Assembly (NCBI GenBank): GCA_965209055.1
Contig: OZ242374.1
Span: 2,688,001 to 2,752,000 of the forward strand
Origin: Acidobacteriota bacterium
GTDB lineage: Bacteria; Acidobacteriota; UBA6911; RPQK01; JAJDTT01
DNA: 64,000 nt
Direction of reading: 5' to 3'
The position numbers and the translations under genes were made by a program. Below, piece after piece: positions 9,819-20,034 of the stretch. Numbering within the stretch: position 1 is the stretch's first letter; every line of letters starts with the position of its first letter. Under the pieces are notes generated by a model. That model did no database searches. It had not been told where the DNA came from and saw nothing but the letters and a program-made list of their open reading frames with translations.

Positions 9819-12497
9819 TCAGGGACAGCCGGATTCGTCAATGACACAGGCCCGGGTCGGTCGTCCGGCCTCCTCTCCGGGGAGCCAGATGAACAGTGGC
9901 GCATGCGGTTCCGGGGGAGGCCAAGGTACGGGAATCCTGAGGGTCTGCTCGTGGGATCCGTCCGGAGAGGGGGTGGCGGTACCGGAGACCGGGCAGCCTT
10001 CCCTCTCATTCCAGCCGACTCTGACGATCCGATACAGACGTTCGCCGCTGAGGATACCTTCGTACAGGTTCGTGTCTTCGTTCTCCAATTGACAATCCTG
10101 CTGATCACCCGGACTCTCCCGCGTCATGACGAAACGCTCAATCCGAGGGAGCTGGATGACCTTGCCCAAACTATAGGTGTTCGACATTCCTCGGCTCCCG
10201 TCACTCAATCTCACGGACAGCGAGCAGTTGGGGACCTGCAAGTCTCCGGAGTCGATTGAGAGAAACAATGCATCGTTGTTGGCGAGGTCGAGTGAGGCTG
10301 TCCCTTGACGCTGGCCGGGGCGAAGGGTGAACCGGGCCTGAAACGACTCACCGGCCGGGCCACACCCCAACTCGAGGGATGTTGAGGAGCCCAGGTTCTT
10401 TACTTCGATAGTAAAACTGACAAACACACCCGTCGGGACCTCATCCTCTCCCATCCCCAGCTCGGCACCAGGTGGGAGCAATCGTTCATGACCCTCTATG
10501 CTCGGACGGGGCCCCACGACTTCGATGCATCCTCCCGGGACACTTCGGGGGCCCGTACGGCTTAACAGTTGCAATTGGAATGGCAGACAGTCGCCCTCCT
10601 CGGCGTCGGAGTTTTCGTGCCACGAGACCGTGGCGGTCCTCTTGGACACCGTTCCCGAGGGCCAGCTCTCCAAATCGCAACTTGTCGGGTCTTCGTGGAG
10701 TTTCCAGGTCAACTTGTCGTTGCTGATCCCACAGATCCACTCCAGTCCGGCACCCTCCAGGCTGAGTGTTTCCTCTGCTCCGGATTCGGCGCCAATTCTC
10801 AATGATGGGTCATTGATCTTGGGGGCCGCAGGATAAACGGTCAGGTCGGTGTTGGCAGTTGCCTTGCCGGACGAGGTCATCCTTAGTTGATAGAAACCTG
10901 GGGAAAGCTCGCTGGAATCCAGATCGAAGGCCAATCCTGGTCGCTTGCCGGAGTCCGTATCCCTATCGGACAACTGAAAATGGCGCACTCCGTCTGCCGT
11001 CGATCGCGACTGCCGGGCGGATGAGCCCGGTGATCGTTTCCACGAAACAAGCGGAACTGCCGCTTTCTCCCAACCCATGTCAGGGATCTTGAAGAGCTCC
11101 AGCGAGTCGACGAACTGAAAATCGCTGGCCTCCAACTCAACGCGGACGGGTCCCCACCCTGCAATCAGTGGGTTCTCCGGTTTCAGGCGGACCCTTGCTT
11201 CCCCTGGTTCTGGAGAATGGAGCCGGAACTCGTCCGTCTTCAGATTTTCGGCGTCCCAGTCCCAGGCAGCTTCAAGAACGTAACGTCCATCTTTCGGAAG
11301 CTCCGCAACCCCCGGTTCTCGCTCCCAGTCCAGTTGCAATGAATCCAGCGACGGACGTGAAACCGTAATCTGGTTGAAGGTCTGGTCCGTTTCGACGTTG
11401 ACGAGCTCCCAGCCCTGAGCCCTGTGCAGTTGAGGGACGCTGCGTTCCAAATGCAACATGCCGCCCTGGCCAATCGGAAGGTTCTGGTCGGGTTCAATCT
11501 TCACGGTCTGGGGTTTCTCCACCCGGGTGAGCAATGCCCCGAGATAGACAGTATCGTGAGGTTTGCTGGGAGGGGACAGAGAGTGCAGTGTGATGTTGTC
11601 GGGGTCCTCCTTCCGGAGAAGGACAGGTTCGATGTCGTAGATTTTCTTGAACGGCACCGAAATGTTGGTGGCGAGAGTCGTCAGTCCCTTGATCAACCCG
11701 GCGAAGGGCACACCAACTGATGCCGCGGATCCGGCAATGTTTCCGACGGAACGCGCCACTCTTCGTAAATTGCCGCTTGACTGCGGGTCACGCGGGTCGC
11801 TGGACATCAAAGCCGGGGTCACGGCGCGCATCAACTGGTGCAACCGCAGTATGGCCGGATCTCCCCTGTCGAGACGGCTCGCGTCAAACCGGTACCGGGA
11901 GGCAAATTCGTCCAACAGGGCGACCAGGGGTTCGTCATCTTGAGACTCTTCCCAATGGGCCGCCGCTTTCTTGATGACATCCTCCTCCGCATTCAGATCA
12001 GAGTAGTTGGCAAGTTGAGTGATGAAATGCAGATAATCCGGGTCGTTGAGCGCACTCCTGATTTTATTTTCAAGATCGTCACTCCATTTCTTGTGGCTGA
12101 AAACCAGTCCCAAGATCCGTGCGTCGCCGCTATCGGGAATCTGCCACTCAGGATGAGTGGGCGCTGCGTCAGTGTCATAGACGCCGTTGTGGCCCAGTTC
12201 CACGATCGTGGGGGACACGACGTAGAACGCGAGCCAAGCGTCTTTTCGGTCTTCCTTTTTCTGGTCAATATAACTTTCCAACCTGGCCAGAACGATTTTC
12301 TGGCCTCCCGCCAGTCGATTCACCCTGGTCAGGGGAATCGTTCTCGCGCCGTCCGCGCCCTGCCGATTCTCTGTTTCCACCCTGAGCCGGATTCTGCCGA
12401 GCAGGTTGCTCGCTTGCATTTCCTCTGCGATCGCCTGCTGCCACACGAGCAAAGCCAGAGCCAGGCCTATCCCCAGTGTTTTCTGGCTTCCTGTCAT
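9819..12497 (-). CDS. Large secreted hypothetical protein with beta-rich (Ig-like?) C-terminal part
   Basis: 892-aa ORF with signal peptide and GGAGG RBS; no recognisable catalytic motif. Confidence 0.7.
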   Translation of the reverse strand: MTGSQKTLGIGLALALLVWQQAIAEEMQASNLLGRIRLRVETENRQGADGARTIPLTRVNRLAGGQKIVLARLESYIDQKKEDRKDAWLAFYVVSPTIVELGHNGVYDTDAAPTHPEWQIPDSGDARILGLVFSHKKWSDDLENKIRSALNDPDYLHFITQLANYSDLNAEEDVIKKAAAHWEESQDDEPLVALLDEFASRYRFDASRLDRGDPAILRLHQLMRAVTPALMSSDPRDPQSSGNLRRVARSVGNIAGSAASVGVPFAGLIKGLTTLATNISVPFKKIYDIEPVLLRKEDPDNITLHSLSPPSKPHDTVYLGALLTRVEKPQTVKIEPDQNLPIGQGGMLHLERSVPQLHRAQGWELVNVETDQTFNQITVSRPSLDSLQLDWEREPGVAELPKDGRYVLEAAWDWDAENLKTDEFRLHSPEPGEARVRLKPENPLIAGWGPVRVELEASDFQFVDSLELFKIPDMGWEKAAVPLVSWKRSPGSSARQSRSTADGVRHFQLSDRDTDSGKRPGLAFDLDSSELSPGFYQLRMTSSGKATANTDLTVYPAAPKINDPSLRIGAESGAEETLSLEGAGLEWICGISNDKLTWKLHEDPTSCDLESWPSGTVSKRTATVSWHENSDAEEGDCLPFQLQLLSRTGPRSVPGGCIEVVGPRPSIEGHERLLPPGAELGMGEDEVPTGVFVSFTIEVKNLGSSTSLELGCGPAGESFQARFTLRPGQRQGTASLDLANNDALFLSIDSGDLQVPNCSLSVRLSDGSRGMSNTYSLGKVIQLPRIERFVMTRESPGDQQDCQLENEDTNLYEGILSGERLYRIVRVGWNEREGCPVSGTATPSPDGSHEQTLRIPVPWPPPEPHAPLFIWLPGEEAGRPTRACVIDESGCP

Positions 12498-12776
12498 TTC
12501 AACCTCCAGAAATATTCGCCGCTGACGGTCCCGGCTTCGATTCCCCTTTGGGGGCGCGGGTCATGAGCTTCCTCGCGTCGTCCTTCGACTCCGCAGTTTA
12601 CCCCATCGCTGGAGTCCTGTTTGTTGCGGAGAACTGCTATCTTCGGTGACAGGACTCAGACACCGGGGAACGGGTGATCCCATCCTCCCGCAGGGAGCGC
12701 TCGACGAAATTCAGACGTGAAGCAGCGTGCCGCTCCGGTTTTCGTCACGCTCGCGGGACTGAGAAAGAAGATAACC

Positions 12777-14744
12777 GTGTCCGAAACAAGGTTGCTGATC
12801 GACCTGACTCTGCTCGTCGGTATTGCGATCCCCATCGTGGCGCTGGCGCACCGGTTGTCGGCTCCATCCCTGGTGGGTTTCCTGGTGGCCGGAGTCCTGG
12901 TGGGTCCCAGCGGATTCGGACTGATCAGCGCCACACACGAGGTGGAGCTTCTGGCCGAGATCGGCGTCGCCCTCCTGCTCTTCGAAGTGGGACTCGAGCT
13001 TTCCCTCTCCCATGTGCGTCAATGGGCGCGGTCGGTATTCATGGGCGGCGGATTGCAGGTCGGCTGCACGCTGCTTGTAGTGGCGGGCTCGGCCATCGCC
13101 TTCGGCATTCCGCCCGGCCAGGCGATCTTCTACGGCGCCTTGGTCGCGTTGTCTTCCACCGCCATCGTCACCAAGATCTACTCGGAACGGGCCGAACTGG
13201 ACACGGCGCACGGGCGTTCCGTGATCTCCATCCTGCTCTTCCAGGATCTGTGCGTATTGCCGCTCATTCTCGTTCTGCCGCTGCTCACAGGACTGGGAAC
13301 CGCCGATAAGGCTGCAATGGGCGTCGAGTTCCTGCGCGGGCTCGTCATCATCACCGCGCTGCTGATCGGTGGCCGGTTCATCGTCCGCCGGACGCTGGAC
13401 CGAATCGTGGTGTTTCGCGACCGCGACCTGTTTACCTTGTGCGTCGCTTTTTTCTGTATTGGTACCGCCGTGGTCACTGCCTGGGCGGGTTTTTCCATCG
13501 CCATCGGCGCCTTCATCGCCGGCCTGGTCATCTCCGAATCGGAATACGGGTTGCAGGCGCTATCGGACGTCCTCCCCTTTCGGGCCGTGTTCAGCGGAAT
13601 ATTCTTCATCTCGGTCGGAATGCTGCTCGATATTTCCGCCGTGATGACGCAGCTTGGCGTGCTCGTTCCCCTGCTGGCGTTCCTGTTTGCGCTCAAGGTC
13701 GCGCTGGTGGCGGTATCGGTCCTTGCGGTCGGCGGAATGCTCACGACCGCTCTGATCAGTGGCCTCACCCTGGCTCAGGTCGGCGAATTCTCAATACTAC
13801 TCGCCGCGGAGGGGTTGCGCCTGGGGCTCTTTCGGGAAGGCGACTACCAGTTGTTCCTCAGTGCGGCAGTGCTGTCCATGATGGCCACGCCGTTTCTGAT
13901 TCGCTATGCGCGGCGCATCGCCGAACGTATCACGCCGTCCGGCGGGGGATTGCGGGGTGTCGCCGAAACGGCCTCGGGCGGCGCCATGTCCGACCACACC
14001 ATCATCGTCGGCTACGGCGTCGCCGGACGATATCTGGCACGGGTGCTCAATGCGGCGGGGATCACTTGCATCGTCGTCGAGCACGACGCGGATCTCGTCC
14101 GGCGCGCACGCAGGGACGGGATCCCGGCGGCTTTCGGGGACGGTTCCCAACCCGCCGTCCTGGCGCACGTCGGCGCCCGTCACGCCCGGGTCGTCGTCTT
14201 GGCCATATCCTCACCGACCGAGGAAAGCCGCGGGGTCGCGGCGGCGCGCGACCTGAATTCGGAGGCCCGGATCATCGTGCGCACCCGATACACCCGCTCC
14301 ATCGACGAATTGATGTCGCTCGGGGCCACGGACGTGGTGGTCGAGGAGTTTGAAGCCTCCATCGAATTGTTCGCGAAGGCCCTTGAAAGCTACCGGATTC
14401 CCATCAACCGGATCTGGCAGGAAGCCGAGACGGTGCGTACGGAACACTATGGATTGTTGCGGGGTACGGCGCAGCCCGACCTGCGACTCGATTCACTGAA
14501 GCATCTCGGCATTCACGATGCGCTGGAACTGATGGAAATCAGGGATGGCGCGAGGGTCATCGGAACGAGTGCGACGTCATTGAATTTGAGGCGACGCACC
14601 GGCGTCGTGCAGATCGCCGTGGTGAGGGAGGGTCAGCCCATCTACCAGCGCGATTCGGATTTCCACTACAGGGCCGGGGACACGGTTGTCCTGGTGGGCG
14701 ACCGGGAGAGCCTGGATCGGGCCATCGAGTTGTTCCAAGAATAG
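12777..14744 (+). CDS. CPA2 cation:proton antiporter with TrkA-N and TrkA-C (RCK) domains (KefB/KefC-like)
   Basis: LLFEVGLE, LSSTAIV, LLFQD, QVGEFS, IIVGYG Rossmann motif, C-terminal RCK-C. Confidence 0.92.
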   Translation: MSETRLLIDLTLLVGIAIPIVALAHRLSAPSLVGFLVAGVLVGPSGFGLISATHEVELLAEIGVALLLFEVGLELSLSHVRQWARSVFMGGGLQVGCTLLVVAGSAIAFGIPPGQAIFYGALVALSSTAIVTKIYSERAELDTAHGRSVISILLFQDLCVLPLILVLPLLTGLGTADKAAMGVEFLRGLVIITALLIGGRFIVRRTLDRIVVFRDRDLFTLCVAFFCIGTAVVTAWAGFSIAIGAFIAGLVISESEYGLQALSDVLPFRAVFSGIFFISVGMLLDISAVMTQLGVLVPLLAFLFALKVALVAVSVLAVGGMLTTALISGLTLAQVGEFSILLAAEGLRLGLFREGDYQLFLSAAVLSMMATPFLIRYARRIAERITPSGGGLRGVAETASGGAMSDHTIIVGYGVAGRYLARVLNAAGITCIVVEHDADLVRRARRDGIPAAFGDGSQPAVLAHVGARHARVVVLAISSPTEESRGVAAARDLNSEARIIVRTRYTRSIDELMSLGATDVVVEEFEASIELFAKALESYRIPINRIWQEAETVRTEHYGLLRGTAQPDLRLDSLKHLGIHDALELMEIRDGARVIGTSATSLNLRRRTGVVQIAVVREGQPIYQRDSDFHYRAGDTVVLVGDRESLDRAIELFQE

Positions 14745-14815
14745 GAGTCTGCGCCGTAGGCTCCCAGGCGGGGTCCGGCCCGTCAACGTCTCGCCAACGC
14801 GCGGAGAAATAACCG

Positions 14816-15940
14816 ATGAAAATTACCCAAGTCATCTGTCAGGTTCTGCGGATCGAAGCCGTCGAGGCCAAGACGGCCGGCACTCAGGACACGGTGATTA
14901 TCCGTATCCGCACCGACGAGGGCTTGGAGGGGATCGGGGAAGCGGACGCCAGCCCCGAAGTCGTGAAGTCGATCATCGACGCTCCGTTCAGCCACACCAT
15001 CGCCTGTGGCCTGCGGGAGATCCTGATCGGGGAAGATCCCCTCGAGACGGACCGGATCTGGTCCAAAATGTACCGGCGCACCATGTACTACGGCCGCCGA
15101 GGGGTCGTCATCGCCGCCATGGCCGGAGTCGACCTGGCTCTCTGGGACCTCAAGGGAAAGCTCTTCAACCAGCCGGTCTGGCGTCTGCTGGGAGGGCGTC
15201 ACCGCGATCGCATCCCGGCATATGCGTCGATCCTGTTCGGCCGGGACGGATCCGAAACCCGCGAAATCGCCCAACGCTGGCGCGAAGCCGGTTACGGGGC
15301 CATCAAGTTCGGCTGGGAGCCCATGGGAGAGAGCGAGGTCCTGGACATTGAGCTGGTCCGGGGCGGACGGGAGGGGATCGGTGGCGACAACACGCTCCTG
15401 ATCGACGCCGGCTGTGTTTGGGATGCGCGGACCGCGCTGCGCCGGGCCGAGGCGTTCAATGATTACGGGATCGGTTGGCTGGAAGAGCCCCTGGAACAGG
15501 ACGACATCGACGGATACGTCTGGCTTCGGGACCGATCGCCGGTGCTGATCGCGGCGGGAGAAGGGGAGTGCGGCCGAGCCGCCTTCCGGCCCTGGATCGA
15601 CCGGCATGCGCTGGACATCTACCAGGTCGACCTGGCGCGCAACGGGTTCACCGAAGCCGCCTACATTCGACAGCGGGTGGAGGAGATCGGAGCCCGCGTC
15701 TGCAACCACTGTTACAAGACGCCCATCAGCGTGGCGGCCTGCCTGCACTGGATCAGCACCAGCAAGAGCGCCTTCATTTTCGAGGACTGCGTCGAGGATT
15801 CGCCCCTGCGCCACGAGCTGACGCGCGAGAAACTGCAGGCGGTCGACGGCCGAATCGCCGTGCCGGACGGCCCAGGCCTGGGAATCACGCTCAACGAGTG
15901 CTTCGTCGCACGTTTCCTGGTCTCGGAGTCGGGAGGTTGA
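14816..15940 (+). CDS. Mandelate racemase/muconate lactonizing enzyme family protein
   Basis: DLALWDLKGK, IDAG, WLEEP, AAGE, PDGPGLGI. Confidence 0.92.
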   Translation: MKITQVICQVLRIEAVEAKTAGTQDTVIIRIRTDEGLEGIGEADASPEVVKSIIDAPFSHTIACGLREILIGEDPLETDRIWSKMYRRTMYYGRRGVVIAAMAGVDLALWDLKGKLFNQPVWRLLGGRHRDRIPAYASILFGRDGSETREIAQRWREAGYGAIKFGWEPMGESEVLDIELVRGGREGIGGDNTLLIDAGCVWDARTALRRAEAFNDYGIGWLEEPLEQDDIDGYVWLRDRSPVLIAAGEGECGRAAFRPWIDRHALDIYQVDLARNGFTEAAYIRQRVEEIGARVCNHCYKTPISVAACLHWISTSKSAFIFEDCVEDSPLRHELTREKLQAVDGRIAVPDGPGLGITLNECFVARFLVSESGG

Positions 15941-16060
15941 ACTTCGGCATGTCAGCCGGTTGCCGGCGATCTCGCAGGCGGCGGCAACCGCTGTCCAACG
16001 GCATCGATCACGGAGCCCGCATGGCCAGGTTCTATCTGAAGCGGGCGTTTCTGTACGGTT

Positions 16061-17422
16061 TCAGATCAGCTCGTGAACCGGCTGGCCCGTGGTGTCGTCG
16101 ATGGAATTGGCGATCTTGACGGGACGGCCGATGGGGCTCATGTACTCCTTGGTCCAGTCGATGCCGAAGGCCTTGTAGACGGTGGCGTGCACGTCTCCCA
16201 TGGACACCATTCGTTCGGCCACGAAGGCGCCGCGATCGTCGCTGGCTCCCACCACCTTGCCTCCCTCGACACCGCCTCCGCCCAGGATCATGGACCAGCA
16301 ATGGGGCCAGTGGTCCCGTCCCCCCTTGGAGTTGAAGCGAGGCGTCCGTCCGAACTCGCCCATGACCAGAACGAGAGTCGACTCCAGCAGGCCCCGTTCT
16401 TCCAGATCGTCCAGCAGCACGGGAAGGGATCGCTCCAGGCCGGGGACCAGGTTGTCCCGGTGTTTCTTGTCGTTGTCGGCGTGCGTGTCCCAGCCGTTGA
16501 GATCGTGGCCGGCCGCGGTGACGAATCGGCTTCCCGCCTCCACCAGCCGGCGCGACAGCAGCAGGCTCTGTCCGAATCCGGTGCGGCCGTAGGCGTCGCG
16601 GGTCTTCTCCGACTCCTTGGAGAGGTCGAACGCCTCCCGCACCTCGGAGGAGAGGACCATGTTCACGGCCTGCTCGGTGAAGCTGTCCATCTTGAACGCT
16701 TCAGCCATCTCCATCTTCCGGCGGTAGGTGTCGTCCATCAGGGTCAGGAGCGAACGGCGGTCCTCCAGCCGTTGCGGCGAAATGGCCTTGGGCAGGCTCA
16801 GATCCTGCACCTGAAAACCGTCGCTGTTGGGATCGGTGCCCACCACCATGGGATCGTACTTGGCGTCCAGAAACGCCCCCTTGAGGTAGGTTCCCTTGGC
16901 CCCCTGCGTGTAACCAGGGACCGCAATATGTGCCGGCACGTAATTTCTGGGGCCCCGTTCCCGGGTGACGATGGAACCGAAGGAGGGGAACTGCATGGCC
17001 GCCGTGGGCCGGTGTCCGGTGAGGGCGTAGTAGGTCCCCTGTCCGTGGTTGTTCTCCTCGGTGTGCATGGACCGGATGATGGAGACCTTGTCCATGCGCT
17101 TGGCCATGCGGGGAAGGAGCTCGGAGATCTGGATTCCGGGAACGTTGGTGGAGATGGGGTTGAAGCTGCTGCCGGCCTTGGGGTCCCACATGTCGACGTG
17201 GCTCGGTCCCCCGTCCAGCCAGACCAGGATGCACGACTTGGCGGTGGCGTTCGCTTCCACGTCGATGCCGGCTTCCGCGAAAACGCTCTTGGCCTGGAGA
17301 TAGCGGCTGAGGCTGATGCCGAACAGGCTGAGGGCCCCCGTCCGGATGAACTCGCGCCGCTGCAGCAGCGACTCGGTGCAGGTCAGACAGCCGTTCCTTT
17401 GGCCGGGCTTGGGTACGCTCAT
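16061..17422 (-). CDS. DUF1501 domain protein (Tat signal)
   Basis: RREFI, GGPSHVDMWDPK, RRLVEAGSRFV, WDTH, MGEFGRTP, GRDHWP. Confidence 0.95.
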   Translation of the reverse strand: MSVPKPGQRNGCLTCTESLLQRREFIRTGALSLFGISLSRYLQAKSVFAEAGIDVEANATAKSCILVWLDGGPSHVDMWDPKAGSSFNPISTNVPGIQISELLPRMAKRMDKVSIIRSMHTEENNHGQGTYYALTGHRPTAAMQFPSFGSIVTRERGPRNYVPAHIAVPGYTQGAKGTYLKGAFLDAKYDPMVVGTDPNSDGFQVQDLSLPKAISPQRLEDRRSLLTLMDDTYRRKMEMAEAFKMDSFTEQAVNMVLSSEVREAFDLSKESEKTRDAYGRTGFGQSLLLSRRLVEAGSRFVTAAGHDLNGWDTHADNDKKHRDNLVPGLERSLPVLLDDLEERGLLESTLVLVMGEFGRTPRFNSKGGRDHWPHCWSMILGGGGVEGGKVVGASDDRGAFVAERMVSMGDVHATVYKAFGIDWTKEYMSPIGRPVKIANSIDDTTGQPVHELI

Positions 17423-17472
17423 GAACGGATTTCCTTTTCAGATCTATACCAGATAGTCCCGTCCTTCGGCCA

Positions 17473-20034
17473 TCAATTCGAAGCGAACTCCCGGGACGTG
17501 ATCATGGCCCACATGATGTCCTGCAAGGCCTCTTTCCGTGACTCACCGGTAGCAACCACGCGCTCCAGCCGGGATTGCTCCGTCTCGCCGGGCAATCGGC
17601 TGAACGCCCTCAGGTACAGTTCTTCGATGATCTCCCCATCCGTCCTGCCGGCCTTTACGAGTTGATCGAGCCGGTTGCCGGGATGCGTGATCTTCTCCTG
17701 ATAGGTGGAGCCGACCATGATGTGGAGCGCCTTCTTCAGGCTGGCGTCGTTCTTGCGCTCGGGGATGCTGGCGCGGTTGGGACGGTCGTGGATCTCCAGG
17801 AATGTGGACGAGTAGAGGTCGGGGACCCGGAGGTCAATGGCGCGGGTCCCGGCGGGAGCGACGCCCATCCAGTTGTTCTTGAAGTTCTCGGGGACGCCCG
17901 TGACATTGGAGATGGAGTCCAGGAGAATCTCGGCATCCATGTCCCGGCGCACCCGGCGGGAGTAGTTGGCCACATCGTTCCGGTTGGTGGCGTTGGGAAT
18001 GGCCGAGAGCTGATAGGTGCGGGACTTGGCGATGAGCCGCAGGAGGCGCTTGAGGTCGTAGCCGTTTTCGGCGAAATCCCGGGCCAGCTCGTCCAGCAAC
18101 TCGGGATGCGTCGGAGGATTGGTGGAACGGAAGTCGTCCACCGGGTCGACGATCCCCCGGCCGAACATGTGTCCCCACATCCGGTTCACGATGGTCCGGG
18201 AGAAGTTGGGATGGTCCGTGATCCACTCGGCCAGGGCCAGTCGTGGATCGAATGACTTCTCCTCGGACAACGGCGTCCCGTCGGGAAACACCGGGGAGGC
18301 TTCCTGGCCGGTCCGGGGATGGAGGACCTTGACCGTGTCCTCCGACTCCTCGTAGTCGGGGACGCGGCCGGCCGGGTCCTCGAAGACCACGATGGCGCCC
18401 TCCGAGGTCCACTCGGTCCGGCTCAGCCGCCCGAAGAATGCCGCCAGACCCCAGAACTGGTCCTGAGACCATTCTTCGAAGGGATGATGGTGGCACTGGG
18501 CGCAGTCGAGCCGGTAGCCCAGGAAGACCCGCATCTCCTCGGGCATGCCGTCCTCGGGTTTTGTAACCTCTCCGTTCTGCAGGAAGTGCCGGGAGGGTCC
18601 GTCGTTGCCCTGTGCCGAAATCCGCTCGAAGGCCATCTGGTCGTAGGGCTTGTTCTCGGTCAGGCTGTTGCGGATCCAGGCCCAGTAGACCAGGGAATGG
18701 GCCGGGGTTCCCGTGGAGGAATAGGAAACCCGGTAAAGGTCGCTGAAGCGGAAGGTCCAATAGTCGATGTACTCGGGAGTCTCCAGCAAGGTGTCGATGA
18801 GACGGTCCCGTTTCGCGGGATCGGTGCTGCTCAGAAACTCACGAGTTCGCTCCGGCGGCGGAAGGGTGCCGGTCAGGTCCAGACAGATCCGCCGCAGGAA
18901 CTCTTCGTCGGAAGAGGGGCTCGAGGGGGCGATCCGCAGTTTCCGCAGCTTGGCGAACACGTGCCGGTCGATGAGGTTGTTGTCGGCTACCTGCGGGACC
19001 ATGTGCACTGCATCGGCGATGACGCCGATCCGGGAGTTGGCCACCCTGCCCGGCGCCCGCACCAGCAGGGCCGTTTCTCCCGTGGCGACGGCCTCCACCC
19101 GGCCGGTGGGGGAGATCCGAACCAGTTCGGGGTTGACCGTCTCATAGCGCACCTGGTCTGTCAGGTCCTCGGTTCTCCCATTTCCCAAATGTCCGGTGAC
19201 CAGCAACTGCCGTTGCTGGCCCTTCTCCAGGACCAGATAGGAGGGAAAGATTTCGATTCTCTCGATCCGGAGCTGTTCTTCTTCCCGAACCGGAGCGCCT
19301 TCCCGGACCCAGTCTCGAAGCGCCGCGTAATCGGCGGACTCAGCCGAGAAGCGGCTGCCTCCGCCATGGGGAATCTGGAACGTCGGCTTCTGCAGCAGCA
19401 GGCTCTCTTCCGGATTCTTCGGGTCCACTCGCGGCCGGATCGGTTCGGCGCTCTCGGGCGACAGGACCTGGTAGGTGCCGCCCTCCACGATCCAGCGGTG
19501 GTCTTCCTGGGGATGCCTGGCATCCAGCGAGAGCTTGAAGCCGCCGCGCCCCTTGACTCCGCCGTGACAGGCCGAATCGTTGCAGCCCCGCCGGGTGAGT
19601 ATGCCGCCGATTTCTCTGGAGAAACTGAACGGTCTTGATGCCTGGCTCTCACGCACCTGGATCGAGGCCTGGGAAACCTGACCCTGAAATTCCGCCCTGA
19701 TCGCCGTACCCCCGTTGTTGCGGGGGACGAGCTTCCCTTCGGCGCTCAAATCGGCGACGTCGCGGTCTTTCACCTCCAGGCGGGTGTCGGCGGTGACGTC
19801 CCGCTCCGTTCCGTCGGCGAATGCCGCCACCACCACCAGCCGCTGAGAGGCGCCGGCGCCCCACATTCGGATCTCCTGGGGCATCAGGCGCAACGACAGA
19901 GCTTGAGGCGAGTGAGACGGAGCGGGAGCAGGCGTTCCCGAAAAAAGCAGCGAACCGGTAAGAACCAGGATGATGGCCATCGATGCCCCGGCCGGAGCCC
20001 GGGTCCAGGGTTTCCGCTCGGTCGGCGCCGTCAT
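17473..20034 (-). CDS. DUF1549/DUF1553 (PSCyt2/PSD1) protein with Ig-like domains
   Basis: GCNDSACHG, EFLRRICLDLTGTLP, CAQCHHHPF, NRMWGHMFGRGIVDPVDD. Confidence 0.95.
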   Translation of the reverse strand: MTAPTERKPWTRAPAGASMAIILVLTGSLLFSGTPAPAPSHSPQALSLRLMPQEIRMWGAGASQRLVVVAAFADGTERDVTADTRLEVKDRDVADLSAEGKLVPRNNGGTAIRAEFQGQVSQASIQVRESQASRPFSFSREIGGILTRRGCNDSACHGGVKGRGGFKLSLDARHPQEDHRWIVEGGTYQVLSPESAEPIRPRVDPKNPEESLLLQKPTFQIPHGGGSRFSAESADYAALRDWVREGAPVREEEQLRIERIEIFPSYLVLEKGQQRQLLVTGHLGNGRTEDLTDQVRYETVNPELVRISPTGRVEAVATGETALLVRAPGRVANSRIGVIADAVHMVPQVADNNLIDRHVFAKLRKLRIAPSSPSSDEEFLRRICLDLTGTLPPPERTREFLSSTDPAKRDRLIDTLLETPEYIDYWTFRFSDLYRVSYSSTGTPAHSLVYWAWIRNSLTENKPYDQMAFERISAQGNDGPSRHFLQNGEVTKPEDGMPEEMRVFLGYRLDCAQCHHHPFEEWSQDQFWGLAAFFGRLSRTEWTSEGAIVVFEDPAGRVPDYEESEDTVKVLHPRTGQEASPVFPDGTPLSEEKSFDPRLALAEWITDHPNFSRTIVNRMWGHMFGRGIVDPVDDFRSTNPPTHPELLDELARDFAENGYDLKRLLRLIAKSRTYQLSAIPNATNRNDVANYSRRVRRDMDAEILLDSISNVTGVPENFKNNWMGVAPAGTRAIDLRVPDLYSSTFLEIHDRPNRASIPERKNDASLKKALHIMVGSTYQEKITHPGNRLDQLVKAGRTDGEIIEELYLRAFSRLPGETEQSRLERVVATGESRKEALQDIMWAMITSREFASN

